Of a stretch of DNA of 32,000 nt, positions 7,573 through 15,904 are shown piece by piece. Origin of the DNA: Lachnospiraceae bacterium (GTDB lineage: Bacteria; Bacillota; Clostridia; Lachnospirales; Lachnospiraceae); contig JAGANQ010000029.1 of NCBI GenBank assembly GCA_017624115.1, positions 5,148-37,147 of the forward strand, read 5' to 3'. Within the stretch, counting starts at the first letter, position 1. Each line of letters opens with the position of its first letter. A program made the position numbers and the translations under genes. The notes beneath the pieces were generated by a model. That model was not told the origin of the DNA, ran no database searches, and saw nothing but the letters and a program-made list of their open reading frames with translations.

Positions 7573-7599
7573 ATTGTGGAAGAAATTGTGGGTGTGGTT
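7533..7599. repeat. 67-bp near-palindrome centred at 7566, spanning the 5' end of the Cys/Gly-rich ORF
   Basis: I paired 7533-7562 against 7599-7570 base by base. That gives 26/30 Watson-Crick pairs, and two of the four mismatches are G.T. The central loop is about 7 nt. Read on the + strand, the right arm encodes NCGRNCGCG, mirroring NCGGNCGCG read from the left arm on the - strand. Confidence 0.75.
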
Positions 7600-7673
7600 T
7601 ATACGACCCGCCGCAGGCGCGGTATGTGATTCCTGGAAGGCTCAGATATTCTCTGCTGCAGGCGGACAAATGT

Positions 7674-7728
7674 CACACAGACAGCACGCGGATAACGCAC
7701 AGGTAACACACAGGTAACGCACAGACAG
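7674..7728. repeat. Five phased 11-bp direct repeats, consensus C(A/G)CACAG(G/A)(T/C)A(A/G)
   Basis: The units are cacacagacag / cacgcggataa / cgcacaggtaa / cacacaggtaa / cgcacagacag. They have a helical-turn period and begin 10 nt beyond the integrase stop codon. They are candidate arm-type recombinase binding sites, which is inference. Confidence 0.55.
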
Positions 7729-7737
7729 CATATAAGA

Positions 7738-8784
7738 CTATATTTTATTGATTGCTTCGATAAGCAGGCTGGTGTCAAGATGAGTATAGACCCGTTCTGT
7801 CAGAGACATGGCGCCAGCATGACCGACGATTGTCTTAATAATAGAAGGATTTACATTTGCCTGTGTCAGCATGGAGATACAGGTATGCCGGGTATCGTGA
7901 ATGCGGTGTGACATCTGCAAATCCTGCATACATTTTTTAAAGTTGTCATGGTAGGTTCGATAGACAATGTTCTTTCCTGTTGGACTGCATATGGCATACT
8001 CCGAGGAAGAAGCGAGAAAATGCTGCCAGACAGGAACGACCTTTTCTGCAATCGGCACAATGCGGATACCGTTTTCTGTTTTGCTGGCAATGACCTGAAA
8101 ATAGCGTTCTTCCAGATGAACATGCTCTTTTCTGAGGTCAAGAAGCTCGCTGATACGCACTCCGCTGTAAATCAACAGCAGGATAATGTCAATGGTATAA
8201 ATTCCACTGTGCTCCCAGAGCTGTTGAATTTCACCGGCTTCAAATTTGCGGTGGGGAAAGCGTTTGTGAGCATTGTCCTGCTTTTTTGGAACAGTTACAT
8301 ATCGCGAATAATCTCTGGCACAGATATCATGCTTTATAGCATAATCGTAGAGCTGGATGTAAAGCCCTCTGATGCGCAGAAGGCTGGGATAGCCTTTGTC
8401 AGAATGAGTGATTACGTCCTGCAGCTGTGAAAGCTTCAGCTCACGGAATTTTTTATCATAAAGCATTTCGCAGGATTTGTATGCGGAAATGTAACCGTTT
8501 TTGTTAGAACGTGAGATGGCAGGATATTTTTCTGCTGACCATCTGTCGTAAAGCTCCTGAAAGGTGCAGCTGCCGGAGGACAAATCAAAGGGCTGGCGGT
8601 TAAATTCTGTCAGAGCGGTAAGCGCTTCCTGTCTGGTTGAATAATAACCGAGAGTAGTCCTTTTTTGTATCAGCTTATCCCTTTCTTCATCATATTCCCA
8701 GCCGCTGGTGACTGCCGCACGCCAGGGCTTCCTCCTTTTGCCGGACAGTTTATAGATAGTGCCAAAGCCGTTAGGCAGCTTCAT
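7738..8784 (-). CDS. Site-specific tyrosine recombinase / phage-type integrase
   Basis: 348 aa. The N-terminal arm-binding (AP2-like) region reads MKLPNGFGTIYKLSGKRRKPWRAAV...YYSTRQEALTAL. The catalytic residues are R in GVRISELLDL, HxxR in HDTRHT, and H...Y in GHAGAMSLTERVYTH. I recognised no excisionase, replication, phage or conjugation genes next to it. Confidence 0.9.
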   Translation of the reverse strand: MKLPNGFGTIYKLSGKRRKPWRAAVTSGWEYDEERDKLIQKRTTLGYYSTRQEALTALTEFNRQPFDLSSGSCTFQELYDRWSAEKYPAISRSNKNGYISAYKSCEMLYDKKFRELKLSQLQDVITHSDKGYPSLLRIRGLYIQLYDYAIKHDICARDYSRYVTVPKKQDNAHKRFPHRKFEAGEIQQLWEHSGIYTIDIILLLIYSGVRISELLDLRKEHVHLEERYFQVIASKTENGIRIVPIAEKVVPVWQHFLASSSEYAICSPTGKNIVYRTYHDNFKKCMQDLQMSHRIHDTRHTCISMLTQANVNPSIIKTIVGHAGAMSLTERVYTHLDTSLLIEAINKI

Positions 8785-8857
8785 GTAGATACTCCTTGTG
8801 TTTACATCAGACTTATTACGAGTATATTGGGGAAAGCCGTAAAGTATGAAGAAGCGA

Positions 8858-8886
8858 TTGAAATATTCGTTTTACCGTGCTATACT
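8858..8886 (+). promoter_or_regulatory. Sigma-A-type promoter of the PurF-like gene
   Basis: TTGAAA (8858-8863), a 17-nt spacer, then TATACT (8881-8886), about 40 nt upstream of the ATG at 8927. Confidence 0.55.
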
Positions 8887-8926
8887 TTTAACGTCATATC
8901 AAAAGAAAAAGAAATGAGGAAGAGCA

Positions 8927-10333
8927 ATGGGCGGATTTTTTGGCGTAGCAGCAAAGCAGGACTGTGTATTTGATTTATTTTTTGGAATTGATTACCATTC
9001 CCATCTGGGGACAAGGCGCGGAGGCATGACCGTGTACGGAAAGGACGGATTCAACCGTGCGATTCATAATATTGAAAATGCACCATTCCGTACAAAATTT
9101 GATAAAGATGTGCAGGAGATGTCCGGCCATCTGGGTATCGGCTGTATTTCTGATTATGAGCCGCAGCCGCTGATTGTGCGTTCTCATCATGGTACTTATG
9201 CGATTACAACCGTAAGCAAAATCAATAATATGGAGCAGCTTACAAAGGAACTGTTTGACCATGGACATTCACATTTTATGGAGATGAGCGGCGGCGATAT
9301 CAATGCAACAGAGATGATAGCAGCATTGATAAATGAGAAGGAGAACCTGATAGAAGGAATCCAGTATGCACTGGAGAGGGTTGACGGTTCTGTTTCATTG
9401 CTGCTGATGAATCAGAATGGAATCTACGCAGCGAGAGATAAGTACGGCCGTACGCCGGTTGTAGTAGGAAGAAAAGAGGATGCCTATTGTGTATCCTTTG
9501 AGAATTTTGCATATAAGAATCTTGGATATATCGACCATAAGGAGTTGGGACCGGGAGAGGTTGTTGTCATCACAGACAAGAACTGCATCACGCTGGCTGA
9601 TCCGGGTAAGGATATGAAGATTTGTACCTTCCTTTGGGTATACTATGGATATCCTTCCAGTCACTATGAGGGCGTAAATGTAGAGAAGATGCGCTATGAG
9701 TGCGGAAAGAAGATGGCACAGAGAGATAATGTCAGACCGGATATTGTGGCAGGTGTGCCGGATTCCGGTATTCCTCATGCGATTGGCTATGCTAATGAGT
9801 CGGGAATTCCGTTCTCCAGACCGTTTATTAAATATACACCGACCTGGCCACGTTCTTTTATGCCGACGATGCAGAGCCAGCGCAATCTGATTGCAAAGAT
9901 GAAGCTTCTGGCAGTCGAAGAGCTGATTCGTGACAAGAGCCTTCTGCTGATAGACGACTCTATTGTAAGAGGTACGCAGCTTCGGGAAACTACAGAATTT
10001 TTATACCAGAGCGGTGCAAAAGAGGTACATATCAGACCGGCATGTCCGCCGCTTTTATATGGCTGTAAATATCTGAACTTCTCACGTTCCTCCTCTGAGA
10101 TGGATTTAATTACCCGCAGGGTAATTGACCGTCTTGAAAATGGGAAGGTGACGGACGAGGTATTACAGGAGTATGCAGACCCGGAATCCCCGAAGTATGA
10201 GCGTATGGTGGAGGAAACCCGCAAGGAGCTGAATTTCACAACGCTTCGTTTCAATCGTCTGGATGATATGCTGGATGCTGTGGGGATTGACAAGTGTAAG
10301 CTCTGTACCTACTGCTGGGACGGAAGAGAATAA
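8927..10333 (+). CDS. Amidophosphoribosyltransferase-like protein (PurF family) lacking the N-terminal nucleophile cysteine
   Basis: 468 aa. The PRPP-binding loop is intact (SLLLIDDSIVRGTQLRE). The fold is class-II amidotransferase-like (GIGCISDYEPQPLIV...). C-terminal Cys pairs (CPPLLYGCKY, CKLCTYCW) recall the PurF Fe-S ligands. The N-terminus is MGGFFGV instead of the canonical (M)CG(I/V)xG. Confidence 0.8.
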   Translation: MGGFFGVAAKQDCVFDLFFGIDYHSHLGTRRGGMTVYGKDGFNRAIHNIENAPFRTKFDKDVQEMSGHLGIGCISDYEPQPLIVRSHHGTYAITTVSKINNMEQLTKELFDHGHSHFMEMSGGDINATEMIAALINEKENLIEGIQYALERVDGSVSLLLMNQNGIYAARDKYGRTPVVVGRKEDAYCVSFENFAYKNLGYIDHKELGPGEVVVITDKNCITLADPGKDMKICTFLWVYYGYPSSHYEGVNVEKMRYECGKKMAQRDNVRPDIVAGVPDSGIPHAIGYANESGIPFSRPFIKYTPTWPRSFMPTMQSQRNLIAKMKLLAVEELIRDKSLLLIDDSIVRGTQLRETTEFLYQSGAKEVHIRPACPPLLYGCKYLNFSRSSSEMDLITRRVIDRLENGKVTDEVLQEYADPESPKYERMVEETRKELNFTTLRFNRLDDMLDAVGIDKCKLCTYCWDGRE

Positions 10334-10372
10334 TTTTATAAGCTGAACCAAAATAGAGAAAAACTGAGTGTC

Positions 10373-10410
10373 TGCTGAAAGCCCTGCCGGGTGGAAAGCA
10401 GCACTTTTTT
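10373..10410. terminator. Probable rho-independent terminator after the PurF-like gene (usable from both strands)
   Basis: An interrupted hairpin, TGCTG...GCCC-tgcc-GGGT...CAGCA, is followed by TTTTTT (10405-10410). On the minus strand it is followed by AGTTTTTCTCTATTTT. The stem is imperfect. Confidence 0.5.
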
Positions 10411-10590
10411 GATTGGAGAATTCTGCAGCATACGCATAACACACAAATGATGCGGTAAGCGCAGAACAGCTCAGCTTCTGCAGTTTATTGCTGCTAAATC
10501 GCTCATTTTAATTCCTCCATTAATTTGATTTACAGTTTATAATATGTGCATATACTTGTCTGGTTTCCTCAAAACGAAAGAAATTTATTG

Positions 10591-10619
10591 TTGAGATTTT
10601 TTATAATAGGCTATATAAT
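10591..10619 (+). promoter_or_regulatory. Sigma-A-type promoter of dapF
   Basis: TTGAGA (10591-10596), a 17-nt spacer, then TATAAT (10614-10619), about 35 nt upstream of the ATG at 10654. Confidence 0.55.
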
Positions 10620-10653
10620 AGATTTGGAATATTGGAGTGAAAGGACAGCAGTT

Positions 10654-11487
10654 ATGAAATTTACAAAAATGCAGGGAATTGGTAACGATTACGTTTATAT
10701 AAATTGTTTTGAGGAACAGGTGGAGAATCCAGAGGAGCTGTCGAAATTTGTCAGTGACAGACATTTTGGCATCGGCTCTGATGGTCTGATACTGATTAAG
10801 CCGTCAAAGGTTGCAGATTGTGAGATGGCGATGTATAATGCAGACGGTTCCCGTTCAGAAATGTGTGGGAATGGAATCCGTTGTGTGGGAAAATATGTCT
10901 ATGATAATGGTATTGCCAGAAAGAAAACGATAACAGTAGAAACTCTTGCAGGCATTAAAACGCTGGAATTTCAGATAGATGAAGCGACAGATACCGTAAA
11001 GAGTGTTACAGTAAATATGGGAGAGCCGATTTTGGCTCCTGAGCAGATACCGGTGCTGTATGGAGAAAATCCGGTGAAGGATGTACCGATTGTGGTGGAT
11101 GGAAAGGAATACCGTATTACGTGTGTGTCCATGGGAAATCCGCATGCGGTGACATTTGTGGAGGATGTGGATTCACTGAATCTGGAAGAACTCGGACCGA
11201 AATTTGAAAACCATGAAAAATTTCCGCGCCGTGTAAATACAGAATTTATCAAAATAGCAGACAGAACTCATATGAAGATGAGAGTATGGGAGCGGGGAAG
11301 CGGGGAAACGCTTGCCTGTGGTACAGGTGCGTGTGCCAGCGTAGTAGCGGCGATACTGAACGGTTATGTGGACAGAAGGGCAGAGATTGAGCTTCTGGGC
11401 GGAACGCTTTCTGTTTTCTGGAATCCGCAGGATAACTGCGTCTATATGACAGGCCCGGCTACAACCGTGTTTACCGGAGAATTGTAG
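10654..11487 (+). CDS. dapF: Diaminopimelate epimerase
   Basis: I prefer the start at ATG 10654, which has a GGAGTGAAAGGA RBS, over the track start at 10546. The protein begins [17 protein letters not shown]. Both catalytic Cys motifs are present ([10 protein letters not shown] and [13 protein letters not shown]). At 277 aa, the length is typical of DapF. Confidence 0.93.
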   Translation: MKFTKMQGIGNDYVYINCFEEQVENPEELSKFVSDRHFGIGSDGLILIKPSKVADCEMAMYNADGSRSEMCGNGIRCVGKYVYDNGIARKKTITVETLAGIKTLEFQIDEATDTVKSVTVNMGEPILAPEQIPVLYGENPVKDVPIVVDGKEYRITCVSMGNPHAVTFVEDVDSLNLEELGPKFENHEKFPRRVNTEFIKIADRTHMKMRVWERGSGETLACGTGACASVVAAILNGYVDRRAEIELLGGTLSVFWNPQDNCVYMTGPATTVFTGEL

Positions 11488-11585
11488 AGACAGGCGTAAT
11501 ATCAAAGAATAGTAGAATATCGAAGAAACAAAACGTATAAAATGAGAGAAAACACGGAATCAGATAGAAGGATATAAGAATTACT

Positions 11586-12671
11586 ATGAAGAAGAATACA
11601 AAAATTATCATTGGGGCGGCTTGTGCGTCAGTTTTGATTGCGGGGGCAGGAGCTGGCTGTTATTATACATATATACAGCAGCAGGGAGATATTGTAACAG
11701 AACTGCCGACAGAAACACAGACAGAAACACAAACGGAAATGACAACGGCGGAGCCGGTAACGACAGAGACTCCTACAGAGACAACAACGGAAAAGGAGAC
11801 AGAGCCACCAACAACAGCGGAGCCGGAGACACCGCCGGAACCGGAGACAGGAACGATTACGACCGGAGAGCTTCCATCATCGCCGGATGATTTCATTATT
11901 GTGGAAGATGCAGATCAGTTCTTTGAACATTCTGTATTTATCGGGGATTCTGTTATGATGGGCTTCCGCAATTATGTGATGGGACAGCCGCAGGGCTTTT
12001 TAGGAGGTCCGCAGTTTCTGGTATCGGGCAGCTTCTCTGTGAGAATGGCTCTGAATAAAATCAGCGAGACGACAATTCACCCGATTTATCAGGGAGAGCA
12101 GCATTATATATGGGATTCGATTTCCATGATGGGGGCAGAGAAGGCGTTCCTGTTTTTTGGACTGAACGATATCGATATGGAAGGTGTGGACGGTACCCGT
12201 GACAATTACATAGAAGTAATTGACAGGATAAAGGAAACCAGTCCGAAAACAGAGATTTATATTATCAGCACAACGAATATGCTGACCGGAAGTGAAAGGG
12301 GCGGGCTGAATAATGACAATATTCGGCTGCTGAATGATAAGATGAAAGAATACTGTGCAGCGACAGATGTACAGTATATTGATATTGCCAGCTTTCTGAC
12401 AGCGGAGGACGGAGGACTTAAGCCGGAATTCTGCAGTGATGCGTATGTGCATCAGACTTATGCGGCTTATGAGGTGTGGACGAAGGTTCTGCGCGGCTAT
12501 GCAAGCGGTGGAAACTACAGACTTCCGGAGGAGCCTGAGACGACAGAGGAAACAGAAACAACGGTTGGAGCAGAGGATGTAACGACAGAGAAAGCGGTGA
12601 CAGAAGCGTCACAGGCGGAAGCAGAGAGCACGACAGTGCAGGAAACAACGGGAACAAAGGCTGAGAATTAG
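11586..12671 (+). CDS. Membrane-anchored SGNH/GDSL-type hydrolase/acyltransferase with Thr/Glu/Pro-rich linkers
   Basis: N-terminal TM anchor (IIIGAACASVLIAGAGAGCYY). A low-complexity TETQTETQTE...PETPPEPETG linker follows. GDS block: FIGDSVMMG. GxND block: FFGLNDI. The C-terminal tail is acidic and T/E-rich. Confidence 0.8.
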   Translation: MKKNTKIIIGAACASVLIAGAGAGCYYTYIQQQGDIVTELPTETQTETQTEMTTAEPVTTETPTETTTEKETEPPTTAEPETPPEPETGTITTGELPSSPDDFIIVEDADQFFEHSVFIGDSVMMGFRNYVMGQPQGFLGGPQFLVSGSFSVRMALNKISETTIHPIYQGEQHYIWDSISMMGAEKAFLFFGLNDIDMEGVDGTRDNYIEVIDRIKETSPKTEIYIISTTNMLTGSERGGLNNDNIRLLNDKMKEYCAATDVQYIDIASFLTAEDGGLKPEFCSDAYVHQTYAAYEVWTKVLRGYASGGNYRLPEEPETTEETETTVGAEDVTTEKAVTEASQAEAESTTVQETTGTKAEN

Positions 12672-12684
12672 AAGGAGAATACAA

Positions 12685-13209
12685 ATGAACAGAGCATATG
12701 CAAAGATGGCAGTAGTAATAGCGATGACCGGGCTTATGCTGGCAGGCTGCGGAAGCAAAGACAGCAGTCAGGCAACAGATGCACCGTCACAGGCGACAAC
12801 GGTGGAAGCAACGATGGAAGCAGCAAAGCCGTTAGCCGATATTTATGCTGAGATAGAGGAGAAAGTAGAGCTGCCGAAAATGGTGGTACTGAATGATAAT
12901 TATATCGCCAATTATTTTGGTATAGACTTAGAGTCTCTGGATGAGTATGTCTTTACGAATGCAGAGGAGGTTATCTATGCCGATACGGTGATTATGATGA
13001 AAGCAAAGGCAGAGACCGACAAGGAGGTTCTTAAGGAAGCTCTGAATACAATGATTTCGCATAAGAAGGCAGAGCTTGAGAATTATCTTCCGGAGCAGTT
13101 TAAGATAGTGGAAAAGAGCGAGGTGCAGGTAAAGGGAGAGTATGTGTATCTGGTGATTTCTGAGAAAGTTGCTGATATTGAGTCAGTGATAGAACAGTAT
13201 ATTAAATAG
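12685..13209 (+). CDS. Lipoprotein, DUF4358-like
   Basis: Lipobox LMLAGC. The size of about 170 aa and the sequence pattern (DNYIANYFGIDLESLDEYVF...YADTVIMMKA) match my memory of the DUF4358 family that accompanies MBOAT/DHHW genes in Clostridia. RBS AAGGAG. Confidence 0.7.
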   Translation: MNRAYAKMAVVIAMTGLMLAGCGSKDSSQATDAPSQATTVEATMEAAKPLADIYAEIEEKVELPKMVVLNDNYIANYFGIDLESLDEYVFTNAEEVIYADTVIMMKAKAETDKEVLKEALNTMISHKKAELENYLPEQFKIVEKSEVQVKGEYVYLVISEKVADIESVIEQYIK

Positions 13210-13224
13210 GAAAAGGAGCCAAAT

Positions 13225-14634
13225 ATGGTTTTCAGCAGTATACCATTTTTATTCTTTTTTTTCCCGGTATTTTTGATTTTGTATTATCTGGTTCCGATGA
13301 AGTTAAAAAATTATGTCCTGCTTCTCTTCAGTCTGTTTTTTTATGCCTGGGGAGAGCCGGTTTATATTCTTCTGATGCTTTTTGCGTCCTTTTCAGACTA
13401 TGTAAACGGTCTTTTGATGACAAAATATGGAACGGTAAAAAGCAGAAGAAGAATTTTTTTGTGGATTTCAGTAGGAATCAATTTGTCGATGCTGGGATTT
13501 TTTAAGTATGCGGATTTTGCAATTCACACGGTAAATCAGCTTGCCGGACTTTCTATTCAGCCGCTTAATCTGGCACTTCCGATTGGAATCAGCTTTTTTA
13601 CGTTTCAAACGATGAGCTACAGTATTGATTTGTACCGCAGAGAGGTAAAGCCGGAGAAGAATTATTTTACCTATCTGACCTATGTGTCGATGTTTCCGCA
13701 GCTTATCGCGGGGCCAATCGTAAGATTTGCGACGGTACAGCAGGAGCTGTACGAACGAGTGATTGATAAAAAAGGATTTTATGAGGGATTTACCAGGTTC
13801 CTGCAGGGACTATTTAAAAAGGTACTGATTGCCAATAATATGGGGGCATTATGGGAGCTCATTCGCAGCCAGGAGACAGCTCAGATGTCTGTAGCAACGG
13901 CATGGCTGGGAGCACTGGCATTTACCTTGCAGCTCTATTTTGATTTCAGCGCTTACAGTGATATGGCAATCGGTATGGGGCGGATGCTGGGCTTTCATTA
14001 TCTGGAAAACTTTAATTACCCGCTCTATGCAGTATCCATTACGGATTTCTGGAGAAGGTGGCATATCTCACTTTCTACCTGGTTCAGAGATTATGTCTAC
14101 ATTCCGCTTGGCGGAAACCGCAAAGGTGTGGTAAAGCATCTTAGAAATATTGCGGTTGTCTGGTTTTTGACAGGTCTGTGGCATGGGGCAGCCTGGAATT
14201 TCATCCTCTGGGGGCTTTATTACGGTGTGCTTCTGGCATTGGAAAAATATATATGGGGAGAGAAGCTTAAGAAGCTGCCAGTGTGGCTGCAGCACCTGTA
14301 TACAATTATGATTGTAGTGGTTGGATTTACCATTTTTGTATTTGATGATATGGGACAGCTGGTGCCTTATGTGAAGCTGATGTTTGACGTATCCTGCCGT
14401 CTGACAGACGGGGCTTTCTGGTATTATCTTCGCAGTAACGGAGTATTGCTTTTGACAGCACTGGTTCTGGCAATGCCGGTATATCCATGGCTGAAGCAGC
14501 TTGGACAGTATGGGCGGAAGAGAAGGATGCTTCTTACTGTGGTAAGGACAGCCGTATATCTGGCACTGTTTTTGCTCACAGTGGCGTACCTGGTGGCAGA
14601 TACCTATAATCCGTTTTTGTATTTCCGTTTTTAG
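13225..14634 (+). CDS. MBOAT family membrane-bound O-acyltransferase (AlgI/DltB/PatA-like)
   Basis: 469 aa and polytopic. The N-terminus is MVFSSIPFLFFFFPVFLI. The conserved MBOAT His motif is present (FWRRWHISLSTWFRDYVYIPLGGNR). Confidence 0.9.
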   Translation: MVFSSIPFLFFFFPVFLILYYLVPMKLKNYVLLLFSLFFYAWGEPVYILLMLFASFSDYVNGLLMTKYGTVKSRRRIFLWISVGINLSMLGFFKYADFAIHTVNQLAGLSIQPLNLALPIGISFFTFQTMSYSIDLYRREVKPEKNYFTYLTYVSMFPQLIAGPIVRFATVQQELYERVIDKKGFYEGFTRFLQGLFKKVLIANNMGALWELIRSQETAQMSVATAWLGALAFTLQLYFDFSAYSDMAIGMGRMLGFHYLENFNYPLYAVSITDFWRRWHISLSTWFRDYVYIPLGGNRKGVVKHLRNIAVVWFLTGLWHGAAWNFILWGLYYGVLLALEKYIWGEKLKKLPVWLQHLYTIMIVVVGFTIFVFDDMGQLVPYVKLMFDVSCRLTDGAFWYYLRSNGVLLLTALVLAMPVYPWLKQLGQYGRKRRMLLTVVRTAVYLALFLLTVAYLVADTYNPFLYFRF

Positions 14635-14655
14635 GTGCAGAGATTGAGGTGAGAT

Positions 14656-15786
14656 ATGAAAGATTCAGAAATAAACAGAAAACTGCCGGCTTTAATGATA
14701 TGTATCATTGTGTTGGTATTTACTGTGTGGCTGTGTATAGGAAAGAAAAAAGAATTTTCCGAGCAGGAAAACCGTTATTTATCTTCGTTCCCGGAATTTT
14801 CCTGGGAAAGCCTTAAGGAAGGAGATTATACAGCGGAGCTGGAAAGCTATCTGGCAGACCATTTCCCACTGCGGGATTTCTTTATGGGGGTCAGAACCAG
14901 CTTTGAACTGGCAACAGGAAGCAGGGAAATCAATGATGTTTATATCGCAGATGACGGTTATCTGATTGAAAAGTACCAGAAGCCGCAAAACACAGAGAAG
15001 ATTATTCGTGCGTTTAAGGGACTAAAGGAATCGGTGAAGGAAGCAGAGGTTTATCTGATGCTGGTGCCGACCGCGTCAGTAATTTATAATGATAAGCTGC
15101 CCAAGGGAGCGCCTGTAAACAGCCAGCTTGAGACTATGTCGCAGATATATGAGGAAGCTTCGTGTAAGCCGGTATATGTACTGGAAGCCTTAGAGCATTA
15201 CAAAGAGGGGGAGGAGCCGTTATTTTACCGTACGGATCATCACTGGACCAGCTTTGGGGCATATATTGCCTATCAGGAGTTCTGCAGTGCAAAAGGCTTT
15301 GAGGCAGCAGATTCTGACAGCCTTGAGAAAAAGGTCGTGACAGAGGAATTTAAGGGGACGGTTTACTCGAAGGTAAATGACTATATGCACGAGGGTGATG
15401 AAATTACAATATATGAAAATCCTGCTCTGAAGCTCACCGTCCATTATACTGATATGGGCGAGGTAAGTGATTCTCTTTATAATTATGATTATCTGGAGAA
15501 AAAGGATAAGTATTCTTTCTTTTTAAATAATATTCATCCTCTGATAGAGATTACTAATGAGACAGCTTCTACAGAGGAAGAGCTGGTGCTTGTAAAGGAC
15601 AGCTATGCGAATTGTATGGTGCCGTTTCTGGTGAATCATTACAGAAGGATTTATGTAGTAGATCCGAGATATTACAAGCAGTCCGTCAGTGAGCTGGTGA
15701 ATGATAATCCTGCGGTGAAGGATGTGCTGCTCCTATATAATATGAATACGATTGATACAGACCTCGGTATAGGTGGAATTTATTGA
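14656..15786 (+). CDS. DHHW family protein (AlgX/AlgJ/PatB-like extracytoplasmic acyltransferase partner)
   Basis: N-terminal TM anchor. The eponymous motif is present (YRTDHHWTSFGAY). It sits immediately downstream of the MBOAT gene. Confidence 0.85.
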   Translation: MKDSEINRKLPALMICIIVLVFTVWLCIGKKKEFSEQENRYLSSFPEFSWESLKEGDYTAELESYLADHFPLRDFFMGVRTSFELATGSREINDVYIADDGYLIEKYQKPQNTEKIIRAFKGLKESVKEAEVYLMLVPTASVIYNDKLPKGAPVNSQLETMSQIYEEASCKPVYVLEALEHYKEGEEPLFYRTDHHWTSFGAYIAYQEFCSAKGFEAADSDSLEKKVVTEEFKGTVYSKVNDYMHEGDEITIYENPALKLTVHYTDMGEVSDSLYNYDYLEKKDKYSFFLNNIHPLIEITNETASTEEELVLVKDSYANCMVPFLVNHYRRIYVVDPRYYKQSVSELVNDNPAVKDVLLLYNMNTIDTDLGIGGIY

Positions 15787-15824
15787 CGAATGCGGCAATC
15801 AATGATAGAATAAGAGGGAATTAG

Positions 15825-15850
15825 AATGCTTTAATCCTTTAAAGCATTTT
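15825..15850 (+). terminator. Probable terminator of the O-acylation operon
   Basis: An AT-rich hairpin, AATGCTTTA-atcctt-TAAAGCATT, followed by TT. The T tract is weak. Confidence 0.45.
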
Positions 15851-15904
15851 AGTATTAATGTTCTAAGAGGGATGCCATGATAACATGGCAAAAAGGAGGA
15901 TACT

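Noticed and set aside
7349-7717. Plus-strand 122-aa P/Q-rich ORF (PQFPPQLPPQ...) and the alternative minus frame 7284..7475
   Set aside because: These are mirror or shifted readings of the Cys/Gly-rich repeat DNA. The plus-strand ATG sits immediately after a terminator hairpin and has no SD. The ORF also runs across the palindrome and the 11-bp repeats. I cannot fully exclude the other strand without comparative data.
8785-8926. Purine riboswitch or PurBox upstream of the purF-like gene; T-box upstream of the ABC binding protein (15787-15904)
   Set aside because: The leaders are only about 35-115 nt, too short for these elements. I saw no conserved riboswitch cores or T-box sequence.
7738-10333. 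Calling an integrated prophage, ICE or genomic island on the basis of the integrase
   Set aside because: I recognised no other mobile-element genes within the window, and the neighbours are biosynthetic or housekeeping genes. I therefore report only the recombinase and the adjacent repeats.
10546-10653. Track start codons 10546 (dapF), 26105 (glycyl-radical enzyme) and 30108 (permease)
   Set aside because: In each case a downstream ATG with a proper SD (10654, 26180, 30117) gives the N-terminus typical of the family. The upstream extensions cross promoter-like AT-rich sequence or the RBS itself.
11697-11880. Short 12-nt periodicity (ACAGAAACACAG / ACAGAAACACAA ...) that could be scored as a tandem repeat
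   Set aside because: It is the coding sequence of a T/E/P/Q-rich linker (TETQTETQTE...) in the SGNH protein. It is compositional low complexity, not an independent repeat element.
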